A DNA stretch of 64,000 nt from a virus (IMGVR_UViG_3300031993_000004:192001-256000); one strand, 5' to 3'; shown: positions 55,067-64,000, counted from the first letter of the stretch. A program made the numbers and translations. The notes: generated by a model not told the origin, from the sequence alone.

Positions 55067-55546
55067 TCATTCATCTTCAGGAGGAGAATCATCATTGGTA
55101 ACAACACTCGGAGGTGCAATAAACTCAGGGAACTCAATCGAAGGATCCAGTTCATGGATTTTGTTTTCCAGCCATGCGCGGTAACGCTGGTCGTCGACGG
55201 TGACCCATGTTATGAGTGAGGTCAACCTCTTGTTGAGATCGTCGACGGTCTTCTCGAGATTCTTGTTCGAATTCTGGAGATCTTCCACCTGTTTATGCAA
55301 GCTTTCAATCTCTGCGGATGCGGACTCTTTGAACTCATTGTATTGGCGTTTAGTTTCTTCATTGAGCTCTTTGAACGACTGCTTGATGTAGTCCATCTCA
55401 GTCTGTTCATTCTTGATACGAAGAGCATCAGCCTCTGCTTTGTACTTCTTCTTTGAGAAGAACATAGTCAGAATACTTGATACTCCGCTACCACCGATAA
55501 GTGCACCAATGATTGCGACGATTGAGTTGAGTTTTTCTGTTTCCAT
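55067..55546 (-). CDS. N-terminal TM + coiled-coil protein (holin/lysis-accessory-like)
   Basis: IVAIIGALIGGSGVSSILTMFF then KKK and a long heptad region. Confidence 0.6.
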   Translation of the reverse strand: METEKLNSIVAIIGALIGGSGVSSILTMFFSKKKYKAEADALRIKNEQTEMDYIKQSFKELNEETKRQYNEFKESASAEIESLHKQVEDLQNSNKNLEKTVDDLNKRLTSLITWVTVDDQRYRAWLENKIHELDPSIEFPEFIAPPSVVTNDDSPPEDE

Positions 55547-55690
55547 GCGAATTACCTCATTTCTTAAGATTAAATTATTAGAACATAGTGCATCGTGAAA
55601 TTTTTGTTTTCACTTACATTTGAGTTTTCTGACATACAAACACGTTAACATGTCGGCGACATGTAAATCAAACTTTTCTAGGAGGGTTAT

Positions 55691-55939
55691 ATGAGAAAAG
55701 GCACCAAGTTTATCAAAGTGGAAATTGAAAAGAACGGCATGCGTGCATACGTAATCGACAAGCACCAGCAGGTTTCAAAATTCGACCTGACCCGAAGACA
55801 ACGGAAAATCTTTGAACAGTATTTCCTTTCAGATTTCCTTGATCGAGTTCGTGCCGAATTCAATGCTGATGTAATTGACGAGAACTTTGTCATTACAAAC
55901 GAAGGCAAAACCGTATATCCCATTTCTGATGACGAATGA
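55691..55939 (+). CDS. Small hypothetical protein
   Basis: GGAGGG RBS; 82 aa. Confidence 0.65.
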   Translation: MRKGTKFIKVEIEKNGMRAYVIDKHQQVSKFDLTRRQRKIFEQYFLSDFLDRVRAEFNADVIDENFVITNEGKTVYPISDDE

Positions 55940-55942
55940 GCA

Positions 55943-55966
55943 AGGTGGGCGCCGAAGCGCCCACCT
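55943..55966. terminator. Bidirectional terminator
   Basis: AGGTGGGCGC-cgaa-GCGCCCACCT. Confidence 0.8.
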
Positions 55967-55971
55967 CTTCA

Positions 55972-56433
55972 TTAATCAATTTCACCGTTTTTGTCGATCT
56001 GTTCGTCACCAGCGTCATCATCCGACAGAAATCGAATCGTTGCATCTATCAGTTCAAGATGCTCTTCATTGTCGTGTGTGGGTGCGTTGACGTCGTCTTC
56101 ATCATCGGCATCTTCGTACAATTCATCATCATAATTGTCATCGGTGTCAGAAGGTTTCTGCAACTGTTTGACAACTTGATGATAGCCGGTTGCTGATGCG
56201 CCGCTCGCAAAACCGATGAATACTGCTTCGACTACATTTTTGCCCATGTCAACATCGGGCATAAAGAAGCCGATGATTGCCAGAATCACACCGAATGCAA
56301 GTGAGAACAGAGGAATGAAACGTTTGATCTTTTCAACTCCGGTCTCTCCACCAATTGCATTGGCGATAATTTTGACAATCTCGTTCGCGGCCACAACAAA
56401 TGCGGCAAGAGTAAACATGCTGAAATCTGCCAT
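55972..56433 (-). CDS. Holin (three TM segments) with acidic C-terminal tail
   Basis: KRFIPLFSLAFGVILAI...AVFIGFASGASATGYHQVVKQL is typical of Firmicute phage holins. Confidence 0.75.
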   Translation of the reverse strand: MADFSMFTLAAFVVAANEIVKIIANAIGGETGVEKIKRFIPLFSLAFGVILAIIGFFMPDVDMGKNVVEAVFIGFASGASATGYHQVVKQLQKPSDTDDNYDDELYEDADDEDDVNAPTHDNEEHLELIDATIRFLSDDDAGDEQIDKNGEID

Positions 56434-56671
56434 AAAAAATCCTCTCCTTTACATATATATGATGTATTCGATATCAACATCAGTATGTCGATATTAATAA
56501 TTCGTGGAGGTGTTATTTTGGATAAAGATACTATCCAAACAACATTGGCACAAGTACGGGTTTTTGAGAAAAGAACCATGACAAAAGGTCGAGACAAAAG
56601 AAACGAAGTTCTGACTGATAAAGTGGGTAAGTCGGAAATCAAAAGAACAACACGAAAGGATGGTCCGAAAC

Positions 56672-57271
56672 ATGAGCTTGGATCCGAGAATCGCGAAGAA
56701 GCTGTTTCAGGATGTCACGAGTGATCGTGATGTCTCTGATGCAGTTCAGGAACATGATGAAGACATGGCGGAATTCGAGATTGATGGGGTTCCGAATCAG
56801 ATGCCTATTGATGCAATACCTAACCTCAACAACGAGGATACAATCGTATTTCGCTCAGTCGATCACACCCAATATTTAATCAACAGAAAAGCTATTGATT
56901 GGGCGGCGATGTCAGAAGGCATGGAAGCAATGACACAGAACTGGAATGCAATCCATACTGAAATCGAGAATCTGATCTATCTGAAGACGACCGGAGGAGA
57001 TTGTCAAGAAGATATCGATTTCGTATTGGAGACCGTGCCAAATCTGATAAATTCATTTGTTAAGCCTGACTATGATAGAGTCTATCCGAACCTCGATGAC
57101 CATACCAGAGCAATTCTGTATTGCATCGACTTCCAGGTTTTGGTGGGTATCTTAATGCGCGAAGTCGCAGTGTTCAATGTAAGCAAATCGCTCAGCGATC
57201 TGTTCAATATTATTTCACAGGAGGGTACACTTTATGGAACTCAAGAAATTCGAGAAAATCCTGCCGAATGA
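56672..57271 (+). CDS. Hypothetical protein
   Basis: About 199-aa ORF; AAGGA RBS. Confidence 0.65.
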   Translation: MSLDPRIAKKLFQDVTSDRDVSDAVQEHDEDMAEFEIDGVPNQMPIDAIPNLNNEDTIVFRSVDHTQYLINRKAIDWAAMSEGMEAMTQNWNAIHTEIENLIYLKTTGGDCQEDIDFVLETVPNLINSFVKPDYDRVYPNLDDHTRAILYCIDFQVLVGILMREVAVFNVSKSLSDLFNIISQEGTLYGTQEIRENPAE

Positions 57272-58109
57272 TATCCCGAAGGATGTCCGGAAGGTATGCG
57301 AGCATCTGCTCGTAAAGGAGGGAGTCGACGGTGAGAACACTGAACTCACGATGTACTTCCCCGCAGCTGAGGATCCGGTCACAAAGGTATTCAAATTCGT
57401 GATCATTCCGGAGTCAAAGTTCGGCTCTCTCACGATCGTCACGCAGGACATTATGAGATTCATCTTCTCTGATAAAGCTGTGGACATCATCCCGACAGAA
57501 GATATGCAGGCTGTTATCAGTGCTTGCACGGTCGGCGCTGGTGAACTGACATCAAAGGTGCAGGAAGAAAGCAAGGATCACGCGGACAAGATCTTCTATC
57601 ATCTCATGAATGGGCAGGTTCTTGTATCTGACACCAAGGAGTTTGACTGGAGTGAAAACATCAAGAACATGCACAGAATCTCATTTGCAGAAGATCGTAT
57701 CCGTCAGCTGATCATGCTGCTGGTCACGCAGGAAGAAATTGATGTCATGCCGCCTCGCTCTGAAGATGATACGGATGAAACTCCACGTACACCTGTTAAG
57801 AGAAAGACGGTTGATGTTGCAAAGGATGAGATTGCACTCTTCCAGGAGCAGTATCAGATCAATCCGGATTACTCTATCTTCGAGAATGACAGAACGACTG
57901 AACGTGAGATTCTGATCATGAAGCTGATCGATATGATCGAAGTTCATCAGCAGCTGCTGTCGGCGACGGTTCTCATAAATACACAGTCGCAGATCATCGC
58001 GTATTATGAGGATCAGTTCAGAAAGATCAGAGAAGCCGCAGAACCCGCAGCGGATGCACCTGCTGTTGAAGAAGTCACTGATCAGCTTGCAGATGCGATT
58101 GAGGAATAA
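57234..58109 (+). CDS. Hypothetical acidic protein
   Basis: 291 aa; GGAGGG RBS. Confidence 0.7.
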   Translation: MELKKFEKILPNDIPKDVRKVCEHLLVKEGVDGENTELTMYFPAAEDPVTKVFKFVIIPESKFGSLTIVTQDIMRFIFSDKAVDIIPTEDMQAVISACTVGAGELTSKVQEESKDHADKIFYHLMNGQVLVSDTKEFDWSENIKNMHRISFAEDRIRQLIMLLVTQEEIDVMPPRSEDDTDETPRTPVKRKTVDVAKDEIALFQEQYQINPDYSIFENDRTTEREILIMKLIDMIEVHQQLLSATVLINTQSQIIAYYEDQFRKIREAAEPAADAPAVEEVTDQLADAIEE

Positions 58110-58126
58110 TTATGAAACGGATGAAA

Positions 58127-58151
58127 CGGGCAGTCGAACCTGACTGCCCGT
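58127..58151 (+). terminator. Terminator hairpin
   Basis: ACGGGCAGTC-gaacct-GACTGCCCGT. Confidence 0.65.
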
Positions 58152-58188
58152 ATTTCGTTGAAAACTGATTCGAAAGGAGCCACTAACC

Positions 58189-59193
58189 GTGTCTTTTATT
58201 TTTCACCATGATGATGATGATGGAAGATGTGCTGCAGCCATTGTCTACAATGATATGTGTCAGCGGGATCCGTTCATCGAAGATAATATCTACGAGTATA
58301 CATACGGTACGGAGATGCCGTCGATCGACATCGATAAGATCCATCCCAGTGATACGTTGTATTTTGTAGACATCTCGCTGTCGACAGTTGTGTTCCAATT
58401 CATCAAAAGTATCCTCATCAAGTTCCCGGCAGTGAAAGTTGTGTATATCGATCACCACAAAACGACCAATGATTATCTGGAGTATACTACATTCTCCAAA
58501 GAATCTCTCGATATATTGCAACGGATCACATTCTTCATCAAGCAGGGTGTGTCTGCTTCTATACTTGCGTGGGTGTATTCGTGCATGAGTAACGAAGAGC
58601 GGAAAAATCCGAATAAATATGTGTGGGATGCAACTGCGACATATTCACACATTGGCATCGGTACTGATCTTGATTCACTGCGCGAATATCGTGTCCCGAT
58701 GGTCGTCAGATTTATCAACGATTGGGATGTGTGGAACCATGAGATCTCCGGAACCAGAGCATTCCATTACGGATTTATGACAGAAACAGATAAGTCTCCT
58801 TCAAGCAAGCTGTGGGTGAATCTGATCTATAATGAGGATTCAATCAGCATCACTCGGAAGTATCTGACTCCTGGTGAGACAATTGTTGCGATTAAGGACG
58901 GAGAATCGAAACATATCATTGACACTGGATGGGAATATCCGATGTGTTTCAATGGTGAAATGATCAAGATCTTTGTCGTGAATGCACGTGGTGACTCATT
59001 CATGTTCGGAGATAAACTCGATAAATATCCGGCAGTTTGCATGTTCTGGCGCACAAAAGATATGTGGGAATATAGCTTCCGTTCTAATGCTATAAATGGC
59101 ATTGATGTTTCGAAGCTGTGCAAATCTCTCGGCGGCGGTGGACATATTCATGCAGCTGGTTTCAAATCAAAAGACCTGATGTTTGTACTGTAA
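58189..59193 (+). CDS. DHH/DHHA1 family phosphoesterase
   Basis: FHHDDDDG, FVDIS, IDHH, YSFRS and GGGGHIHAAGF motifs. Confidence 0.9.
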   Translation: MSFIFHHDDDDGRCAAAIVYNDMCQRDPFIEDNIYEYTYGTEMPSIDIDKIHPSDTLYFVDISLSTVVFQFIKSILIKFPAVKVVYIDHHKTTNDYLEYTTFSKESLDILQRITFFIKQGVSASILAWVYSCMSNEERKNPNKYVWDATATYSHIGIGTDLDSLREYRVPMVVRFINDWDVWNHEISGTRAFHYGFMTETDKSPSSKLWVNLIYNEDSISITRKYLTPGETIVAIKDGESKHIIDTGWEYPMCFNGEMIKIFVVNARGDSFMFGDKLDKYPAVCMFWRTKDMWEYSFRSNAINGIDVSKLCKSLGGGGHIHAAGFKSKDLMFVL

Positions 59194-59202
59194 TGTGAGA
59201 AA

Positions 59203-59230
59203 GAATGTGGGGGCCGAAGCCCCCACATTC
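59203..59230. terminator. Bidirectional terminator
   Basis: GAATGTGGGGGC-cgaa-GCCCCCACATTC. Confidence 0.85.
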
Positions 59231-59588
59231 CATCTCCAACGAGGTAGAGTTCTTACGATTGTTACTAGAAATGCTTTCTCGTGACATTACTGACCGAATT
59301 CCAGAATACATAGAAGGAGTAAACTGGTCGACAACATTCAGTCAATAATCGGGAGTATATGTATAAATCACATGATAAGTTCTTTCACATCAACGCTCCG
59401 GAATCTGCGTGCGTGTCACAGATTGATGGCCATCTTAACCAGATTCATATGGTTCATATTAAGAAAATAATACGTGAGACTTATTTTTTATCGACACAAC
59501 CTGTCAGAGCTATCTCTGGTATTATCGACGTCACATGAAACATATTACATGATGTGAACGAGGGCATTACCATGCAATTGTCAACATA

Positions 59589-61508
59589 TCAGGCTTTTAC
59601 AACCTTTTCCAGTGGTGTCATTGTTGGTTTGATTCCATCGATTGTTTGAGTCAAACCAACATTGATTGCGGAAGAGATATCTTGGAACAGCAAACCTTGC
59701 AGGATACCTGCGCGCTGAACTGCTACACGATATTGTTCCTTATCATACGACATCGGATCGACACCACCCTGTCCGAATTTCAACGCAAACGATTTGCCTC
59801 CGGAACGGCATACACGGCGTGCGATAATTTCGTATGTGATCGAAGGACCGGTCAAATCGATTTTATTGATCTCCAGACAGCGGAACATCATTTCTGTCAT
59901 CATATTATATGGAATTTGTGCAGTCTTTGAATACAAATATATCTGATTGATAAAGAACTCAACATTCTTAACGGATTGGCGAATTGCAACGGAGCAGATC
60001 TTTGATTCAGGCTCATATTGGAGAATGAAGTAATCCGGATCTTCTTGGACGTCTTCATAGATACTGAAGTCCAATGTGGTAGGAACAGTCATCCTTGTCG
60101 ACAGGACTTCTTTTCCTGAATTATCATAGAACTTCACGGGTACAACACCAAATGAAGAACACGTTGTAGCCTCCAGCGAGAAGCCTTTGAACTCATCAAA
60201 CATTTTCGGAATGAAAATCTTCATCGGAATTCTGTTCACGATGAAACCTTCCTGAATATCGAAGTAATTATTCTGTTGCTCAAAGATCCATTTCTTGTCA
60301 ATAATTGATGCGGACTGTGACAAGTCATGCTTCGATTTCAGTTTCAGGTTCAAAAGCTTCTGCGTGATAGAAGTGACCAGCAAACCGATCTGTGTGACTT
60401 CCAAGTTATGGAACACACGGCCTGCACATTTCCCACAAATTGCATCATGTGTGCAACATTGTGGGGAATACATATTGACGGTTTTTCCAACGAATGAACT
60501 GATGTTGTCCAATGTTGTCAAAACTTTCTTACCGCCTTCGTTGATGTAACGGAACAGCATATACTGCTTATTGCTGTCAGTGATCGTAATCGGGATTGTT
60601 TGTGTAGTACCACAGTCAGATTCTGGATCTGGATCAATATGAATAGACTGCAACAATGCAAGAATAATCTTTGCCATATAACCAGCATCTGCGGTACCAA
60701 CTGCTGAAGGATATGCACCAGCAACAACAGAGTTTGCAAATGACGGAATATCTTTCTTGTTAATGCCATCCATCAGAGATGACTCTGAGATATCAAATCG
60801 ACCGGTCAAGTTATTAAAGACTGCTCCACGCATAACATTGATCGTCTTGTAGTTGTTATCAAGGTTGCCATCACCAGATGCATACATGTCGTATCCATAG
60901 TCGTTTTTCAGATTCTGACGAACAAGAGCCATCAGTTCCTTTTCAACTGCATTAGATGCGAGCAGCTGTTTCGTCGGGTCTGTTGAATGCAGATCATCAT
61001 GGTATTTCTCCAACAGTTGCAGCTTCAGCTGTTTCACATTATTCATCGGACGAACCAATGAAGGAGAAATTGTGGATGACAAAAATGATGCGGATTGGAA
61101 CCCGAGCTTATCACGTCTGTCAATGAATAAACCAAGCGTTTTTGTATCAATCTGGGATGTAATGACCAAATTGTTAACAAGCATGTTTAATCTTCCAAGT
61201 CCCTTTTTGTGAAGCGGAATATTCCAATACCCCAAGAATTTGATGATTCCGGTATACTCTAATAGATACCTATTCATGAACAGCATTCCAAGGGATGTTT
61301 CGACGTCTTCTTTCACGTATTCATAGTCTGCATGTGTCAACATAATGTGATCATTTGCATTAAATGCAGATTGCTTTTGCGTATTTGTTGTTTTATCGAA
61401 ATAGGATGCAAAAAGACTTTCCAAAAAAGCCTTGTTGAACTCTGTTATATTAGCGCTGAGGATACGCTGTTTTCCAACCGATGCAGTGGATGATGTTGGC
61501 TGCGCCAT
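59589..61508 (-). CDS. Phage multisubunit RNA polymerase, beta'-subunit C-terminal part (probably virion RNAP)
   Basis: Bridge helix AVGTADAGYMAK...DCGT; Zn site SPQCC...ICGKCAG; trigger-loop-like IGLLVTSITQKLLNLKLKSKH. Confidence 0.85.
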   Translation of the reverse strand: MAQPTSSTASVGKQRILSANITEFNKAFLESLFASYFDKTTNTQKQSAFNANDHIMLTHADYEYVKEDVETSLGMLFMNRYLLEYTGIIKFLGYWNIPLHKKGLGRLNMLVNNLVITSQIDTKTLGLFIDRRDKLGFQSASFLSSTISPSLVRPMNNVKQLKLQLLEKYHDDLHSTDPTKQLLASNAVEKELMALVRQNLKNDYGYDMYASGDGNLDNNYKTINVMRGAVFNNLTGRFDISESSLMDGINKKDIPSFANSVVAGAYPSAVGTADAGYMAKIILALLQSIHIDPDPESDCGTTQTIPITITDSNKQYMLFRYINEGGKKVLTTLDNISSFVGKTVNMYSPQCCTHDAICGKCAGRVFHNLEVTQIGLLVTSITQKLLNLKLKSKHDLSQSASIIDKKWIFEQQNNYFDIQEGFIVNRIPMKIFIPKMFDEFKGFSLEATTCSSFGVVPVKFYDNSGKEVLSTRMTVPTTLDFSIYEDVQEDPDYFILQYEPESKICSVAIRQSVKNVEFFINQIYLYSKTAQIPYNMMTEMMFRCLEINKIDLTGPSITYEIIARRVCRSGGKSFALKFGQGGVDPMSYDKEQYRVAVQRAGILQGLLFQDISSAINVGLTQTIDGIKPTMTPLEKVVKA

Positions 61509-61535
61509 ATCATTCCCTCCTTTATAAGATACAGA

Positions 61536-61549
61536 TTATCGTTCGGTTT
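61536..61549 (-). promoter_or_regulatory. Putative late promoter AAAC-N7-TAA
   Basis: AAAC-CGAACGA-TAA upstream of AAGGAGG RBS. Confidence 0.6.
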
Positions 61550-61622
61550 CGTATACTATTTTTAATTTCTATATGTATATTATTGGATTGAACAGGGAGA
61601 ATCAACCTGTTTAAAATAAAAT

Positions 61623-62291
61623 TTGAAAGTGAGGACCTTTACAATGATCATCTCCGACAACCTGCTCGAGCAAATTGCTCAACAAAACCTTGACATGCTA
61701 TTCGCGAAAGGAACATTCAAGGTACGATTTGAACACATGGAAGAAAAGACATCGCCGAGTGGAAAACACCGGATGGGAAGAATTCTGATGCGGATCCATA
61801 AGAATGACCTCCATGAAGAGCTTTTAAACGTTACACTTGAAATCAGAGTTATACCCAGCAGAAATCTGATGAATATCATCGGATATGAGTTCTATTGCGA
61901 AGACGTAAACGACACATTCCTGGATTTTGTGAAATGTGTCAAAGAGATTCAAGATAAAATCAACAGCCTTTCCACATACTCGACGATCTACTATGAGGGA
62001 CCCGATTCGGTCGTTGTGAACTTCAATGAGATCGGGATCGAATCCCTCGTGGGAGATGAAAGCCGTGACCTTATCGTCAAACGAAATGGTGACATTTCAT
62101 ATATCACATTTGATGACAAGGGATTGGCAACCACAAAACCTATGACGGAAGAGGAATTCAAGGCAATGATCATTCAATATCTATCTGATGACAACAAACT
62201 TGTCGACTTCTGTGGAGCTACTCAAATTATGTTTGTCGATTATGACAGATACGAAAATGCCGATATCAAAGATACTGATGATATGGAATAA
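61623..62291 (+). CDS. Hypothetical protein
   Basis: 222-aa ORF; likely start is the ATG after GAGGA; preceded by a TATATTAT motif. Confidence 0.65.
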   Translation: MKVRTFTMIISDNLLEQIAQQNLDMLFAKGTFKVRFEHMEEKTSPSGKHRMGRILMRIHKNDLHEELLNVTLEIRVIPSRNLMNIIGYEFYCEDVNDTFLDFVKCVKEIQDKINSLSTYSTIYYEGPDSVVVNFNEIGIESLVGDESRDLIVKRNGDISYITFDDKGLATTKPMTEEEFKAMIIQYLSDDNKLVDFCGATQIMFVDYDRYENADIKDTDDME

Positions 62292-62297
62292 GATATT

Positions 62298-62319
62298 TGC
62301 GGGGGCGAAAGCCCCCGCA
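62298..62319. terminator. Bidirectional terminator
   Basis: TGCGGGGGC-gaaa-GCCCCCGCA. Confidence 0.8.
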
Positions 62320-62328
62320 TATACCCGT

Positions 62329-62766
62329 TTATTTTTTGAAAAATACGTATTTTGGTTTTTCTTCTCCAAAAAACTTCCATCTGTAGAAGTCGTCCAACAG
62401 AATGGCGACAGCAGACAGAATAAACCAGTAGCAAGTATTCCTCAAACAGATTTGGCCGTAGAAGTTCATGAATCTGTCGGAGTAATCCCACACATTCCAT
62501 CCGAGTTTGATATTCACGATGTAACCGGATATCAATTCCAATGCAGTGATGACGAATGTTCCGATACCCATCTGAATGAGAAACGGCATGGACCAAGTGT
62601 ACCATTCATTCAACAAACCGATGATGACGAAACATAAACCACCGACAATGAACATTGACCAGTGTGTGAATCCACGTCCGATGATTTCCATCAACGCGTA
62701 GATGATTCCGCCGACAATGAAAAGGACAAACTCACGGAGTGTCCACTTCATCACTTTCTTCAACAT
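62329..62766 (-). CDS. Four-TM membrane protein, putative ABC-transporter type IV (CmpB/TMEM229-like) family
   Basis: GGIIYALMEII.RGFTHWSMFIVGG...ELISGYIVNIKLGWNVWDYS...NFYGQIC. Confidence 0.75.
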   Translation of the reverse strand: MLKKVMKWTLREFVLFIVGGIIYALMEIIGRGFTHWSMFIVGGLCFVIIGLLNEWYTWSMPFLIQMGIGTFVITALELISGYIVNIKLGWNVWDYSDRFMNFYGQICLRNTCYWFILSAVAILLDDFYRWKFFGEEKPKYVFFKK

Positions 62767-63172
62767 TTTGGTCACCTTCCTGAGCGCCCACAATGTTCTG
62801 ACTCACATATCTGAAGATGTTTGCAAACAGAGCTGTGATCTTATCATGGGCGGCGATTGAGCTGATGTTTCCGATGTTTTCCTGTGTTGTACCGATGGAT
62901 GTGATTGTCATTGTTGCAATGCGGGCAGCACCCATACCAGGCAGGTCATCAGTGTTACACGCAACAACAACTGATCCTCCGGCAAGTGCTTCATTCAGCA
63001 TGACCATGATCGTCATGTCGTCGAGCTCGACCATGTACGTGAGATCTGCAGTATGTTGCATCGTGGCATCCATTGTATCCTCAACAACAGTGACCACTGC
63101 ATCAAATGTAACGTACTGGCGCTCCAGATCGGACACGAACGTGTCCATTCTTGTTTGAAGTTCCTGTCTCAT
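62732..63172 (-). CDS. Hypothetical protein
   Basis: 146 aa; AGGAGG RBS. Confidence 0.65.
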   Translation of the reverse strand: MRQELQTRMDTFVSDLERQYVTFDAVVTVVEDTMDATMQHTADLTYMVELDDMTIMVMLNEALAGGSVVVACNTDDLPGMGAARIATMTITSIGTTQENIGNISSIAAHDKITALFANIFRYVSQNIVGAQEGDQNVEESDEVDTP

Positions 63173-63187
63173 AGATAAAAATCCTCC

Positions 63188-63877
63188 TTAGATTAAATCA
63201 ACCGCCGGAGCCGGAACATCTTCGTTTGCGAAGTCTCTCTGCGGATGTATAATCTTGTCATAGTCAAATGGATCATTAATTTCTTCCTCGAAATGAACCT
63301 GGGTTGTTGCAATGATTTCTTGCATCTGTTGGTTCAGTTCGTCATCAGCAATTGGTGACCCATACTTGAAGTTTTTGATTGTGTCAAAGTCTGAAAGTGA
63401 ATTGATATATGCTTGTGCAAAGTTGTTATATGTCGTGTGGTATGTAATCCATGCCACGCCGACTGTTGACAGTTGGATGATTTCTTCCGGTGTATAATGT
63501 CTACAGAGCTTTCCGTCTGCGTGATAGAACAGCGGCAGATCTGGGAACATCATTGCCTGTGTTGCAAGCTTTGACAAATTCATCTGATCAGTTGCATCCA
63601 GAGAATAGTGATCATCACCGATCTGAACACCGGCTTCGATTACCATGTGGCATGTTTCTGAGATGAATTTATTTTTTATCTGCTTGGCTTCGCGGATGTG
63701 TCGTTCATCGGCGTCTGCTCTCAGAATGAAGTTGCCTTCGTAGTATTTGTATGAGAAGATGTCTTCCAAGATGTCAGGTGGGACGACGAGAACCTCACAA
63801 CAACCCTCGTCATTTGGATCTCCACCCACGGTAATTGCTTCGATGATATTATACTCATCGTCGAGTCTGAGAATCAT
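63188..63877 (-). CDS. Tail-fibre-associated protein (DUF4376-like)
   Basis: K...ISETC...IEAG...HYSL...DQMNL...YHADGKLC..Y...I....TYHTTY.N pattern; AGGAGG RBS. Confidence 0.65.
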   Translation of the reverse strand: MILRLDDEYNIIEAITVGGDPNDEGCCEVLVVPPDILEDIFSYKYYEGNFILRADADERHIREAKQIKNKFISETCHMVIEAGVQIGDDHYSLDATDQMNLSKLATQAMMFPDLPLFYHADGKLCRHYTPEEIIQLSTVGVAWITYHTTYNNFAQAYINSLSDFDTIKNFKYGSPIADDELNQQMQEIIATTQVHFEEEINDPFDYDKIIHPQRDFANEDVPAPAVDLI

Positions 63878-63889
63878 TTCGTTACCTCC

Positions 63890-64000
63890 TTAATACAATC
63901 CATAGATTCTAATGATACCGACGTTTCCATCGGTTTGGTGCGTGAATCGAATCTTTCCGTCATTCACCCATTGAACGAGCATCCGTGTTGCTGATGATGA
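63890..64000 (-). CDS. 3' end of a gene running off the window, possibly a tail fibre
   Basis: Open frame ...VNDGKIRFTHQTDGNVGIIRIYGLY-stop abutting the next RBS. Confidence 0.5.
   Translation of the reverse strand, partial: SSSATRMLVQWVNDGKIRFTHQTDGNVGIIRIYGLY

Noticed and set aside
56485-56724. 79-aa ORF with an internal GGAGGT-TTG start
   Set aside because: Could be a real small basic gene, but it overlaps the next ORF and has no supporting motif, so it was not listed
50634-61508. Bacterial chromosome interpretation (gyrA, rpoC, helicase)
   Set aside because: Sequences are highly divergent, RNAP and PolB are split, and they lie among capsid, protease, baseplate and lysin genes; host gene symbols were therefore not assigned
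3909-62319. Recurrent GGGGC-N4-GCCCC hairpins as a possible repeat family or CRISPR
   Set aside because: They occur singly at gene ends with variable stems and no spacer periodicity; ordinary intrinsic terminators
1-64000. Chimallin/PhuZ nucleus system, tRNAs, DGR or retron reverse transcriptase
   Set aside because: No tubulin signature, cloverleaf, or reverse-transcriptase motifs with template/variable repeat pairs were recognised by eye in this window; absence elsewhere in the genome cannot be judged

Overview
64 kb segment of a large lytic jumbo-phage genome of the phiKZ/AR9(PBS1)-related type, probably infecting a Firmicute, judging from strong AGGAGG RBSs, CHAP/amidase/M23/NlpC-P60 cell-wall enzymes, SH3-like binding domains and a clostridial-type holin. 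It encodes split multisubunit RNA polymerase pieces (beta C-terminus, beta' C-terminus), a T4 gp21-type prohead protease, a major capsid protein with a C-terminal repeat extension, a gp25-like baseplate wedge protein, two giant paralogous tail-associated hydrolase proteins, many putative inner-head proteins carrying a recurrent [VIFY]-Q-E|[ASG] motif, the N-terminal half of a family B DNA polymerase, a type IIA topoisomerase A subunit, an SF2 helicase, a DHH phosphoesterase and two endolysins. The most unusual items are: (1) a 294-aa intein inserted directly before the zinc-ligand Cys of an Amidase_2 endolysin; (2) inner-head 'polyproteins' in which enzyme or membrane modules sit between predicted prohead-protease sites; (3) hydrolase cassettes in the twin giant tail proteins bounded by a G-x-G-D motif, with a C39-like protease inserted at that motif. 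Two promoter-like motifs (AAC-N7-TA and ATATATTAT-like) and many GC-rich terminator hairpins are visible. No rRNA, tRNA, CRISPR array, integrase or chimallin was recognised. All functional calls come from motif reading by eye, not database searches.
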